Assembly (NCBI GenBank): GCA_013265495.1
Contig: MU063892.1
Coordinates: 7,225,308-7,289,307, forward strand
DNA: 64,000 bases
Direction: 5' to 3'
Source: Vicugna vicugna
Taxonomy: Eukaryota
Below are positions 13,560 through 25,619 of the stretch, piece by piece. The position numbers and the translations under genes were made by a program. The notes beneath the pieces were generated by a model. That model worked only from the letters and a program-made list of their open reading frames with translations, was not told the DNA's origin and made no database searches. Position 1 is the stretch's first letter. Every line of letters starts with the position of its first letter.

Positions 13560-14855
13560 ACAGAAGTTTAAAATACACTTGTGTCTGAAAGAAAAAGTAA
13601 CAGTAATTCTACACAATCTCTTCTAGAAAATAAACGAGGCAGGGAGCACTTCCCAACTCATTTTAAGAAGCTGTATTACCTTGATACCCAAACCAAAACA
13701 AAGAGAGTACAAAGAAACTATACACCAATATCCCTCATGTATATGATGCGAAATTCCTTAACAAAATATTAGCAAATAGAAGTCAGCAACATAGTCTAAA
13801 AATTATACACCATTACCAAATGAAATTTACTCCAGGGATGTGAAGCTGATTCAATACTTGAAAATCAACCAATGTAACCCACCTTATTCACAGGTTAAAG
13901 AAGAAAAGTCACATGATCCTATCAATGGATTTTTTTAAATTAATAAAAATAAAAATTGTTATCAATGATAAAAATTCTCAAAAATTAAGAACAGAGGGCA
14001 ATTTCCTATATAAATAAACTTCCTATATAAACATAGATGTACATATAAATAAACATGATATAGAAATAAAAGATCTTCCTAAATAAATAAATAAAACCTG
14101 CAAAAACCCTATAGCTGATATCATTTTTATTGGTGAAAGACTGAAGCCCCAATAAGGCAAGAAAGGAAAATAAATAGTATACAGATCAGAAAGGAAAATA
14201 TAAAACTGTCCCTATTTGCAGATGACATAGTTGTTTATGTAGAAAAATTCAAGGAATCAACAACAAAAAAAAAACTCCTAGAACTATTAAGCAGGTTCAT
14301 CAAAGTCACAAACTACAAGATCAATGTACAAAAATCCACAATATTTCTATGTGCTGTCAATGAACATGTGGAAACTGAAATACAGAATCATTTACAATCA
14401 CCAAAAAAAGAATGAAATACATGGGTGTAACTCTAACAAAACATGTATGGGATTTGTACTGGAAACTACAAAATACTGATGAAAGACATCAAAGAAGATC
14501 TAAATAAATGGAGAGACATACCACGTTCATGGATTGGAATATTCAGCATAATAAAATTACCAGTTCTCCACATTCTGAAATACAGATTTAACACAATTAT
14601 TATCCAGATCTCAGGAAGACTTTTTGTAGACTAGGCAAGATTATCCTAAAATTTGTACAGAAAGATAAAGGAACTGGAATAACCAAATACAACTTTGAAA
14701 AAAGAGAATAAAGTGGGAAGAGTTAAATCTACACAGGTGGAGGGATAGGAAATATAGATCAGTGAAACAGAATTGAGAATCTAGAAAAGACCCACTCGAG
14801 TATGGCCAACTGGTTTTTGACAAAGATGCAAAAGGAATTCAATGATAGGATGGCT
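13560..14855 (+). mobile_element. L1M ORF2 (reverse transcriptase region) remnant, 5' part of the outer element
   Basis: Degenerate ORF2 motifs (ATACACCAATATCCCTCATG, CTATTTGCAGATGACATAG, CCACGTTCATGGATTGGAA), with many stops. Confidence 0.88.
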
Positions 14856-15570
14856 ATAAGAAAAAAATTACAAGTGTTGATGAAGATGTGGAATGATTGG
14901 AATCTTCACACACTGCTGGTAGGAATATAAAATGGTACGGTTTGGCACTTCCTCCAAAAGTTAAACATAAGAATGGATGACNNNNNNNNNNNNNNNNNNN
15001 NNNNNNNNNNNNNNNNNNNNNNNNNNNNNNNNNNNNNNNNNNNNNNNNNNNNNNNNNNNNNNNNNNNNNNNNNNNNNNNNNNNNNNNNNNNNNNNNNNNN
15101 NNNNNNNNNNNNNNNNNNNNNNNNNNNNNNNNNNNNNNNNNNNNNNNNNNNNNNNNNNNNNGTGGTATTTGGAATGTGACATATACAATGAAATATTATC
15201 AGGCAATAAAAAGAAATGAACTTGCTACAACACAATGAACTTGAAAACGTTATGCTAAGTGAAAGAAGCAGAAGGAAAAGAGCACATATTGTTTGGTTCC
15301 ATTTATATGAAATGTCCAGAATAGGCAAATCTGTAGAAAAAGAAAGTAGATTCGTGGCTGTCCAGGGCTGAGTGGAAGGGGGTGTGAGGAAAGGAGTGAC
15401 TCTTAACAGGTTTGGAGTCTTTTTAGGGGATGATGAAAATGTTCTAAAATGAATTATAGTGATGGTTGTACAACTCTGCGAATATGCTAAAAACCATTGC
15501 ATTGTATATTTTACTTAGGTGAATTGTATCTGTGGTTACACTGCAGTAAAGCTGTTATTTAAAAAAAATC
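14856..15570 (+). mobile_element. L1MB-like 3' fragment nested in the older L1
   Basis: Jumps to ORF2-end/3'UTR sequence, spans the N gap and ends in an A-tail (TTAAAAAAAA). Confidence 0.7.
14982..15161. other. Assembly gap (180 N)
   Basis: Run of N. Confidence 1.
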
Positions 15571-16935
15571 AGTGGATGAAGGATATTCTTTTCAACAAAT
15601 GCTGTTGGAGCAATTGGATGTTCTTATGCAAAAGATAAACCTCAACCTGAATCTCATATTTTATACAAGAACTAACTCAAAATGGATCATAGACTTAAAA
15701 TGTAAAACTACAAAACTTTTAGAAGAAAATGTAAGAGAAAATCTTCAGAACCAAGGGCTTGGTGAAAAGTTTCTAGACGTAACACCAAAAGCATGATCCA
15801 CGAAAGAAAGAAAAATGGTGATTTGGACTCAGTCAAAATTCAAAATTTTTGCTTTGAAAAAGCTACTATTAGGGGGATGAAAAGACAAGCTACACACAGA
15901 GAGGAATCATTTGTAAATCGCATCTCTGACAAAGGATTCATACGTAGAACATACCAAGTGCTCTCAAAACTCAACAGTAAAAAAAAGCAAACACTCTGAT
16001 TAGAAAACAGGCAAAAGGCAGGAAGAGACATTTTCACCAAAGGATATACAGATGGCAATAAGTACATAGAGAGATGTCCAGTATCACTAGCCATTAGGTT
16101 AATTCAGATTAAGACCTGGATGAGATATCATCACATATCTATTGGAACAGCTGAAATAAAACATAGGGGCAACACTAAATGTTGGCAAGGATGCAGGGAA
16201 ACTGGGTCTCTCATAGTCAGCTACTCTGGAAGATAGTCTGGCAGCTTCTTAAAAATTAAATCTATTCTTACCATATGACCCAGCAATGGTACTCCTGGAC
16301 ATTCATCCCAGAGAAATGACAACTTGTGTCCACATAAAACTCTGTACACAATTGTTCATAGCAGCTTTATACATAATAGCCCAAAACTGGGAATAACCAA
16401 AATGTCCCTCAATAAGTGAATGGTTATGCAAACTACTGTGTATCCATAACAAAGAACTCTAGTCAGTAATCAACAGGGTTGAACTATTGACATACACAAC
16501 AGCTTGTGTGGATCTCAAGGGTATTATGATGAGTGGAAAAGACAATCTAAAAAGGTCACATACTGTGTGATTCCATTTTTATAACATTCTTAAAATGACA
16601 AAATTATAGAGATGGAGAGCAGATTAGTGGTTGCCAGGAGTTTGGGATGGTGGAGGTGGGGGGTGAGTGTGACTATAATGGGATAGCAAGGGAGATCTTT
16701 GTGGTGAAATAGTTCTGTATCTGGACTGCGGTAGTGGTTACATAATCTACACATGTGATAAAATGACATAGAACTATCCACACACATAGTACCAATGTCA
16801 GATTCTGGTTTTGATGTTGTACTATAATTAAGTAAGATGTAATTATTGGGAGAAACTAGGTGAAAGGCACATGGGACCTCTCTGTACTATCTTTGCACAA
16901 TTTCCTGTGAATATATAATTATTTCAAAATTAAAA
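15571..16935 (+). mobile_element. L1M (MC-like) ORF2 end and 3'UTR, 3' part of the outer element
   Basis: Resumes at GGATATTCTTTTCAACAAATG, which is contiguous in the L1 consensus with the sequence at ~14845. Ends in ATAATTATTTCAAAATTAAAAA. Confidence 0.85.
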
Positions 16936-17019
16936 ATTGAAAAACAGAAACAAAAGCAGCTTTTATTTCAGTGAGGATGCTCCCCAGGTAGATGCTGACT
17001 CTTCTGTCCCTGGAGAGGG

Positions 17020-17760
17020 ATACATGGAGCAGATCTGAGCACAGCCCATGATGAACACAATGAAGAATCAAGTCCAGCCCAGCTCCTCCTGGATCAGTTG
17101 ATTCTATCTGACTTGTAGAAGCACAAGGGAGAATAAATGATGTTTTAAGCTGCTGAGCTTTGGGGTGGTTTGTTTTGCAGCACTGGTATGACAATAGCTG
17201 ACTAATACATGACCACTTGTCATATCTCCTCTCCATTGCCCTAAGAGGATAGATGTCTGTCTTTGGTGACCATGGCAAAGATAGCTAATTTTCTCCAACA
17301 CCTGCTGTACCCTTCTGTTACCTCAAAGTAATAGAACCTCTGGGTTTTATCTCACATGGCTATCTGCATTCAGACTACATTTTTCAGCCTCTCTCATAAT
17401 GAGGTGTGGCCATGTGACCAAGTCCTGACCAATGCAATATAAGGGAAAGTGTCATATGACAGTTTCTGGAAGCCTTCTTTAAGAAATAATTAACATCCAC
17501 CTTTTGCCCTCTTTTTCTTACCTCTTCATGCTTCCCACCAATTGGAATGCAGAAGTGATGACTGGAGCTCAAGCAGCCATCTTGGACATGGAGTAAAAGT
17601 TAAAATTTGAGGATGGCAAAAGGAAAACAAAATAGAAGGAATTAGGGTTTCTGATGATCATGGAGATGCCATACCATCCCTGAGCTGCTTATATATTAAT
17701 TTCCTTTATTTGAGAGAGGTTCTTATTCTATCTTTTCTGTCACTCACAAGAGAACTCAGT
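17020..17760. mobile_element. Older MLT1 LTR fragments
   Basis: GAGAATAAATGATGTTTTAAGCTGCTGAGCTTTGGGGTGGTTTG (+) and GGTGTGGCCATGTGACCAAGTCCTGACCAATG, both typical of old MLT1 subfamilies. Confidence 0.6.
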
Positions 17761-17859
17761 CTTTACTTACACAATGGCTTCTTTTCCAGGCTACCTTTCT
17801 CCATGAGCTTATCCTGTGCAACTACTAACCATGCTGAGGACTACTATGAGGCTTCTAGC

Positions 17860-18130
17860 CACTAAATAAGTATTTATTAAGCAATTACTATGTGTCAGGC
17901 AAAGTAATAATGCTGGGGAAACAAAAGGAGAAAGACAGATGTGGTCCTTACCCTCAAGGGCTTGATAGTTGAGAGGGAAAGAAATGATCACATATGTATA
18001 AGTAATCACCATCTATGACAAGTGCCATGAGAAAAAGTCACAAGATACTTTGTGAGCAGACAGCGGGGTCCTCTTCCAGACAAGGCTATTAAGGAAGGCT
18101 TCTCTGAGGAATTGACATCTAATCCAAGCT
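17860..18130 (-). mobile_element. L2 3' fragment
   Basis: AAGTATTTATTAAGCAATTACTATGTGTCAGGC...GGTCCTTACCCTCAAGGG. Confidence 0.7.
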
Positions 18131-18149
18131 CCGGAGGAGGAGGGATAAG

Positions 18150-18960
18150 AATATAGCTTTGTGCTTAAGAGCTTGGGCTCTGGACCCAGCCAGCCTGCGT
18201 TCAAAACCCATCTCTCTCCTGTTGCCCTGTGACTTTGAGCAAGGCACAAACAACCTCTCTGTGCCTCTGTCTTCTTGTCTGAGAAATAGGGTTTTATTTA
18301 ATAAAAAATTTATGTAGCCTTTACAATGTGCCAGGCATTGTTCTAAGCACTTTTAGCTCTCATGATAGCTACCCTATGGTACTAGTACTATTCCTTTCCC
18401 CATGGACAGATGGGGAAGCTGAGGCCCAGAAAGTGAAGCAACTTGCCCCAGATCACACAACTAACTGGAAGAGCTGGGAGCTACCCCCAAGTAATCTGGC
18501 TCTGGAATATGTCCTCAGGACACTGCACTATAGTGGGTAATAACACCAGCTCTTAACTCATGGGGGTTTTGTGAGCATAAAATAAGAAAGTGTCAGTTAA
18601 ACACTTAGCACAGTGCCTGGCAAATATTAAGTGTTCAATAAATGTTAGGTATTATTTTTGTTATTAGCAGTAACAACTAATAAAAGAGGGAAAGAGTGTT
18701 CTATGCAGAGCGAAGTACACGCGCAAAGGCCCTGAGGTAGAAGGGAGGGTGGTGCATACAAGGACCTGAAGCCAGACAGACCAGAAGGGCTGTATGCAGA
18801 GAGCTCAGCGGTGGTCATCATCCTTCTCAACTACCCTATTAGTGGGAACTATTATAACCCCCTCTTTATAAATGAGGACACCAGAGAGGTTAAGTGACTT
18901 GCCCAAGGTCATGCAGTGAATAGGCATCTGAGCCTGGACACAAACCAGGTCTGTCAGCCT
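18150..18960. mobile_element. Cluster of MIR/L2 fragments in both orientations
   Basis: TGTGACTTTGAGCAAG (+), CAGATGGGGAAGCTGAGGCCCAGA (-), CTTAGCACAGTGCCTGG (+), AGAGAGGTTAAGTGACTTGCCCAAGGTCA (-). Confidence 0.75.
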
Positions 18961-21900
18961 CCTAGCCACCACTCTCCACTGCCTTGCAATGTCCAGGCTC
19001 CAGGGATGGAGCGTGTGCCCCTTGTGAGAACAGTTCAGCGGGGGAAGTGAACACAGCCTGAGGTGTCAGAGTCTGATGGCTCCTAGAGAGAACTTAGCTT
19101 TCCTTCATTCCCTTTATATGTGATAGTTTTCCCCGGGGTGGGGGTTATGACCTGAGCTCGCCCCCCTGGGAGGCAGGACTCTGGCCTGGGCTCAGTGTGT
19201 GTCGCAGAGGCAGGGTAGGGGTGGACTGTACCTCAGGGGAGGAGCATAAATTACCAGCAGACCTTTCCTCAGCCCAGCCTGACAGAGGGCTGGAGGGCAG
19301 TGTCCCGAGGGCACGTGAACCCTGAAGACTCGGGCCGGTGGTAAACACACAGCTCCTTCCAAGTCTGCCCCCCCAGTCCTCAGTCCTCTGGGGAAGTGGT
19401 TAACCCTGTTTTTAGAATCCTGACGACTCATGTGTACACACACTAACACACAAACACACTCTCTCCACATTCAGAGACACACTTGGCTTGAATCCCAGCC
19501 CCTCGCATCACACAAAGTGCCATCTGCCCCTTCAGAATATCCTCAGACAGGAGGAAAAGTTTGCTTCTCCTTCTTTTCCAGAAGAAAACAACAGGAGAGG
19601 GGAGGGGCCTCATCCAAGGCCACACGTGGGTTTGGGACAGAGCTGGGGGCAGAACAGCTGCCTGACAGGATACATGCTATTCCGTTGCCCCTGAAACGGC
19701 AGGTAGGACCCTGCTGAATCCACTGGGGCCTGGGGCCCAACCCCATTCCCTAGGTGCCCCGTCCCTGGCCTTGAGTCACCGGCCCTCCAGTTGGAAACTG
19801 GCTGTGGCATAGATGCGGGGGCTGCGTCCTCCTGCACAGCTGGCTGGGGCGTGGCCTGACCTCACCTCTTGGCTTCCTCAGTCGCAGCCCCAGGCCTCTC
19901 TCTCTCAGCCCCTACAGTGGGGGGCAGTTGCAGGGAGCCCTCTGTGGCCGACACTGTGCTCAGGGTTTACACATATTATCTCACTGAGTCCACAGAAGTC
20001 CCATGAGGTGGGATTATTATACCCATTTTATAGATGGGATGACCGAGGCACACAGGGGTAAACAACTTCTCACACAGCTCTACTGAGAACTGAGTCAGCT
20101 CGGGACCAGATATCCCCACACACTTTAAGTTCACGCTACTTATTGGCCTTCCTTAGAAAAGTTCTGCCCTCAAGCCAAGGAGAAGCCCCGAATCCAAGCC
20201 ACTAAATCCTCAGACTGGCTGGAGGTGAGGCTCCCTGGGAGTTAGGGATGGGTCCCAGTTCCTGCTCAGCCACCGCATACTTGTCCACTTGCTCTGAAAC
20301 TTAACTTTCTCATTTGTAAAGTGAAAACAACACTCGGACCTTCCCAAGCCTGTTGTGAGGACCGATGTAGGTGAAGCATGGGCCGCCCTTGGTATGTGGT
20401 TGTAGCTGTTACTTTTTATCTGCAACCTGGCACTGCCCTCCCCCAGCCCCAGCAAGGCCTCTACTCCCATGCGCGCTGAGCAGGCTCAGATCAGCCCCAC
20501 AGCTCTTCCTCTTCCCCGACTGTCTCCTCCAACCCAAGGGAGGGGCACCCCAGCAGCAGGGGGCCCAGGGCACCCCCTTCCCTCCTGCCTGGCCCGGTCA
20601 GGGAGAGGACAGGCGAAGCCAGATGTTTCACAGATGTTGCTGATTGTAAGCAAAACAACAGCACGGGAGCGGCTTCTCTGCTTGAGGGCCTGAGAGCACT
20701 GAGGGAGAAGCAGGGGCGAGGGCCAGGCCTCAGCAGGAAGAAGTGAATCAGAGAGACTTTCTAGGGTGGGATGTCAGCAAGAGGGATCATGGGAGGAGGC
20801 ATTAGACAGAGTCCAGGGGGAGTAAGGCAGAGGGGTAGGGGTAGGGAGCTCAAGGGAGTCTGGTGAGGGTGAGAGGAGCAGGGAGAAGTGAAGCCGTGGA
20901 ATCGGGCGAGGTTGTGGGGGCTGCCTGGGCAGAAGACCTGTGGGGGCTCCTGCTGACTTGCCTCCTTTGCCCCACCCCGACCCCAGGGTCCCAACTCCAA
21001 TGGGGAAGAATTTTAGTGCCCCCAAGAGGCTCCCAGGCCATCCTGAGCTGTCTCAGAAGGTAATGAGCTCCCTGTCACAGGAGGGGTGCAAGCAGAAACC
21101 CAAGAAGGGACCCAGGCACCAGGCAGCAGTCATAACCAGATGGTCTCTTCCGGGCTGGAGAGCCTGAGAGGCCCTAACTGTGCCCAGCCAGGTGAAGAGG
21201 ACAAGAGCCTAAGGAACTTGACTGGCCCACAGCTAGTTGGCTGAAGTTAGCGCAGGCAGGCCAGTCCTGATCCCCTCCCACTGGCATCCAACCAAGTGGC
21301 ATTACTGTGCCCTCTGGCCTTTCCACCCTTCACACCCTATTTGCCAGCTGACCCCAACTGCTCACAGCCAGGCCAAGCCTGGGCAGCAGTGCAGGGACAA
21401 AATGTTTCTGACTTACTCCCTGGAACAGGCTGGCTTTGTCCTTTAGCAAAACCATTCCTGGAAGGACAGGAAGCTGGGGTCTGAGACTAAAGGTTTCCTG
21501 TCCACACTAATCAGGGTAGAGAATGAGCCTTGCCACCTCCCCGTGACCCTGATAATGTTATGGCTGACAGCAGTTCGTGTTGAAGAAGCACATCCCTGCA
21601 GCAGGGCTAAAACTGGGCTAAACTTGCCGCAATGACCTCACTGAGTCATTGCAACTCTGGGGTAGATGCCAGTACGCACAGTTTATAGATGAGAAAACTG
21701 AGGCAAAGGGAGTTTATGCAGCTTTTTTTCCAAAGATTTGCAGCTAGCCGTAAGTGGTGGAACCAGGGCTGAATCCTGGGCCTTGTACCTCTGTGCAGTG
21801 TTGCTTCCCTCCCTCCACCTCAGTCTTCCCATCTGTGAGATGCGGAGGGAGCTGGACATGATGACCTCACAGCTCCCAGTTCCCACAATGACCAGCAGGG

Positions 21901-23819
21901 ATTGCCGGATGGAACCAAGGGGCCTGCTCCTCCCTCCCATGTGAGAGAAAAAGTGGGAAACAGTCCTGACACTGTACAGGTAAGGGGACTGTGGCCTGAG
22001 GCAGTGAGGGCTGTGCCCAAGGTCCCCCCAGGAGTCTAGGCCCCGGTAGGGCAGGCAAATCTAGGCGCCTTTCCAGGTGGCTCTCCAGCTGCTAGGCAAA
22101 GCCAAAGAGGCTGGGAGGCCAACGGTCCAGGGCATGAGTAATGGAAACCAGGCAGTGGGGCCTTCCAAAATGGGAATTCCATCTGCCTGACTTGGTTCTC
22201 CTGGACTTTGGTTTCCATGGCAACTTGGGAATGGGAAGGTGGAGGGCCTGGCCCAAGGCTGAATCCCTAGAATCTGAAGAAAGGGGAAGGTGAGTCTCCT
22301 CTGGGCTGAGCGTCTCCTCCAAGCATATGATGCCACGAAGAAGCCAGGCCAGGCTGGGACTTGGAAGCCCTGGGCGCTGATGTCAGCTCTGCTGCTACCA
22401 TTTTGAGGGGAACAGGAGTGGCATTGCAGTCCTCAGCCTTGATTTTCCTAGCTGTTGGGTCCTCAAGTCTCAGGTTTGGACGACGCCTGAGAGGTTCCCT
22501 TGCTCTGAACAAGGAGCACATCTCTGTCCTCAATTATTCCAGAGTCACTGAGACACTGGCAGATCTGTTGTGAGAAAGCCCTTCACCATCTACAAAGCCA
22601 AACAGGGCTCACTGGCCAGGCCCAGTGCCAGACCCCAGGTGACTAGAAGACCCAGCCCCACTCCTAGCTCACCCTCCAGTGCTAGGGGGAAAGGCTATAA
22701 CATATTTTAAACACCTATCGTATGCCTGGCCCCAAGAGACCACCATTTCTGATGCTCTCCCTGTGCAGGGGGGAAACTGGGGGAGGCTTTGCCCAGGGAG
22801 ACCAGCAAGGGGATGTAGGGAGGAGCATGGCTGCGCAGCCCCGTATCCTGTGCATCGCCAATCCCCAGTGGGCAGACCTGAACCCAGGACCCCAGGCAGG
22901 GAACATGATCTGAGGAGATGGGGCCCAGCCCCTCCTACACCAGTTCTGTCTGGTTTCAACTAAGTCAGCCCAGCTGAGCCAGTCCTCAGCCCAGGCCACA
23001 CCCTGGTCCCTACCCCTATACCCTGGCAGGTGGTATATGTGGGTGTCAGGGACAGCTTTTGCACCAGCTTGGCCAGGCTCCCTTCTACCACTCTAAGCAA
23101 GTGGTCCAAAGCCTCCTCCGAACTGTGGCTTCAAATCAGGCCTTTCCTAAATTTGCATCTCCTGTTGGCCACAGAGGGACTCTCTGGGAACCCTAGCCAC
23201 CCACCCTCAACCCGTCATCTCCCCAGCTCTTCTTTCTGTCCTAAGGGCCTCCATGAGTCTGTCCGTCTGCAACTGCCACCCTGCCTGAGATTCTGGCCCC
23301 ATCTACCTCTGCCAATCATCCCCGTGCCTCCTGAAAGTTCCACTAGACCCTCAGGGTGTGACAGGACAGAGAAGTGAAGGAACTTGCTGAAGGTCACATA
23401 GCCAGTTAGCAGCCAAGCGAGGACGCCATCCAGCAGCCGGTAGAGGATGGTGATCCAGGGTGCGGGCTTTGCAGCCGGGTGGGCTTTGACTGAACCCTGT
23501 CTCTGCCATTTGCTGGATGTGTGACCTTGGACAAGTCACCTTACCTGCCTGGCCTCACTCACCTCATCTGTGAAATGATGAGGCTTGCAGAGAAGATGAG
23601 ATGGTGAGTGAAATGAGCTGGGCAGAGCGCCTGGCACGGAGGAAGAGATGGTCAGAGAGCAGCACCGGCGTATCAAGTATGCAGCGCCGGGACGGAGGCA
23701 GGTGATGGCAAAAGCTGGACTGACAGCCCACCTACCAACTGGCCCAGCCCAGACACCCTGGGAAGCCTCAAAACCAGGAACACCCAGAAATGGTCAAGAA
23801 CAAAAAATAACACAGGCCT

Positions 23820-23825
23820 TTTATT
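23820..23825 (-). terminator. Polyadenylation signal AATAAA of RGS3
   Basis: Plus-strand TTTATT. On the minus strand it is followed by the U/GU-rich TGTGTTATTTTTTGTTCTT downstream element. Confidence 0.8.
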
Positions 23826-24072
23826 TGCTCCAGAACTCGGCCGCTGTGTGGTCTGAGGATGCCATGCTTTCCTGGAGCCCCCGAGGGACCCCGAACTCAG
23901 GGGTGCTGGGTTTGGGCACGAGGTCAGGCTACAGACCGCGCCCCGCCGGGCCTCGTCAGTCCAGCAGGACCAGCTGCCTGCCACTGAGGCTCGGGACCAG
24001 CGAATCCCCTGAAACTGCAAAATAGTGTCCACCTTCTCTGCAAGGTGGCTTTTCACAAGGCGTTGGTTAAAA

Positions 24073-24080
24073 TATTGCAC
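24073..24080 (-). promoter_or_regulatory. miR-25/32/92/363/367 8mer seed site (GTGCAATA)
   Basis: Plus TATTGCAC lies in the 3'UTR and is complementary to seed AUUGCAC plus A1. Confidence 0.7.
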
Positions 24081-24154
24081 TTGTAAATTAGGAAAACTGA
24101 TGAGGCAAAGGTTTCCTATTACAGGACGATGCGCCAAGCATCCAGCTACTGTTT

Positions 24155-24166
24155 AAATAAATAAAA
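24155..24166 (-). promoter_or_regulatory. AU-rich element (UUUUAUUUAUUU, contains the UUAUUUAUU nonamer)
   Basis: Plus AAATAAATAAAA inside an otherwise GC-rich 3'UTR. Confidence 0.6.
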
Positions 24167-24355
24167 CTCAAGGCGGGGATCTGAGCTGCGAGCCCCGGCA
24201 GCCCCCCGGAGAGCCCCAGGGCCCAGACCTGGGACCCCCACCCCATCAGCCGGTTCTTAAGGAACTTGGTCGTTGCGAGGTCTCTGCAGCAGGGAGCAGC
24301 AGCCCCGGATCTGGCTCTGCCAGGGCCCCTGACCTGCCAGGGCCCGCAAGCCCCC

Positions 24356-24362
24356 TCGTACC
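24356..24362 (-). promoter_or_regulatory. miR-126-3p 7mer-A1 seed site (GGTACGA)
   Basis: Plus TCGTACC. RGS3 is a reported miR-126 target, from memory. Confidence 0.55.
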
Positions 24363-24421
24363 AGGGCAGTGGGGACCCAGTGGGGCCAGTCCCTCTACTC
24401 CTCCAGTGGCATGGGCCTCTC

Positions 24422-24428
24422 TTGGTCC
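24422..24428 (-). promoter_or_regulatory. miR-133 7mer-m8 seed site (GGACCAA)
   Basis: Plus TTGGTCC in the 3'UTR. Confidence 0.45.
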
Positions 24429-24571
24429 AGGCCTCTCATCCAAATGTCCGTCTGTCTGTCCGGACGCAGCCTCCGGGGACTTGCTTGCCCCCTCTGTCGC
24501 AGGGGTAGGGAGGCAGGTGGGGAGGGGCCCAGCCCGCCTGGTGTGAATGCTGAGCTCTCGCCCCAAGGCCC

Positions 24572-24757
24572 CTAAAGCGGGGGACTCATCTTCTTCTGGT
24601 TAATGAGGTCCAGGTAGAGGTCAGAGCGGAGGAAGCGCGGGTACGAGTCCTTCTCCATGAGCCCAAAGATGCGCTTCTGCGCCAGATCAAAGCAGCCCCG
24701 CGTGACGCTCTGCATGTTGTCCTTGGTGTGCTCCCGGGTGTACGAGTCCAGGTTGAC
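24572..24757 (-). CDS. RGS3: RGS3 last coding exon, [61 protein letters not shown]
   Basis: Acceptor GCACAG|GTC, TAG stop at 24574-24572. Contains the conserved EVNLD and MEKDSYPRF motifs. Confidence 0.98.
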   Translation of the reverse strand, partial: VNLDSYTREHTKDNMQSVTRGCFDLAQKRIFGLMEKDSYPRFLRSDLYLDLINQKKMSPPL

Positions 24758-24959
24758 CTGTGCAGCCAGAGGGTGACATGGTCAGGGCTGCCTGCCAGAA
24801 GCTGCCCCTGGGGGCCCGGGGGCCGGGACAGGACCTATCCAGCTTCTCACCTCCAAGCCCCTCTGCTCTGCCGCTGGGGTTCAGAGGCCTACAGGTTAGC
24901 GGAATCAAGCCCTGGCTCAGTCACCTACTGTAGGGCCTGAAAACCTCTAGGGACAGGCG

Positions 24960-25260
24960 GCCCGAGTTCAAATCCCAGCAGTGCCACATCTAGGTGAGTG
25001 ACCTTAAGCAAATCACTTGAGTGCTCTGAGCCTCAGCTGTCTTATCCATAGGCTAGAGTAATAGCACGCTCCTCAGAGACTTGTGAAAATTAAGCAAGAT
25101 CATCCTTATGAAATAGGTATGTCTAACACACAGGAAGCACTCAATAGACGCTATGCTCTGAGACTGTCTCCTCATTTTTAAAATGAAGATAATATTAAAA
25201 CCTGTTTTACAGGTTGTCATGGAGGGCATATGCCTAGCATCCAGCAGCACTCAGTGACCA
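24960..25260 (+). mobile_element. Two tandem MIR fragments in the last RGS3 intron
   Basis: GAGTTCAAATCCCAGC...GACCTTAAGCAAATCACTT...CTCTGAGCCTCAG. Confidence 0.7.
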
Positions 25261-25452
25261 TTTTTACCAATCAGGATTCTGTTCTTCCTGGGTCCCAAGC
25301 CTGCTTCCTTTTTGCTCTGAACACATGGTCCCTAAGAGTCACTCTGGCCTCTCCCCTTCCTGAGCTCCTCCTTGAAACTTCCAGGTACCCCAATCACTGA
25401 GAGACCACTGAGCACAGGGACGGAGGCCCAGGGACCCAGCCCAAGGCCTTAC

Positions 25453-25619
25453 CTCCTTGCAGGCCTGGATCGCAATGTACTCAGCGAAGATCTTCTTGGC
25501 CTTGGATGCCATCTTGGACTGTGACTTGACCTTCTTGAAGTCCTCGCATGCCAGCCAGAATTCCAGGTTCTCTTCACTAAACTCGGTGCGAAGAAAAGCC
25601 TGGAATACCGCTAACCCAT
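25453..25619 (-). CDS. RGS3: RGS3 coding exon (167 nt), RGS domain core [56 protein letters not shown]
   Basis: Acceptor CTCCTCACAG|AT, donor GAG|GTAAGG, phase 1/0. Contains the hallmark [10 protein letters not shown] motif. Confidence 0.98.

Larger units (their letters stand above)
23800..24571 (-). other. RGS3: RGS3 3'UTR (~770 nt; 3' end approximate)
   Basis: Runs from the stop codon to just past the first well-supported AATAAA. Contains an ARE and miRNA seed matches. Confidence 0.8.

Noticed and set aside
14906-15502. ORFs spanning the N run
   Set aside because: Artefacts of the assembly gap within L1.
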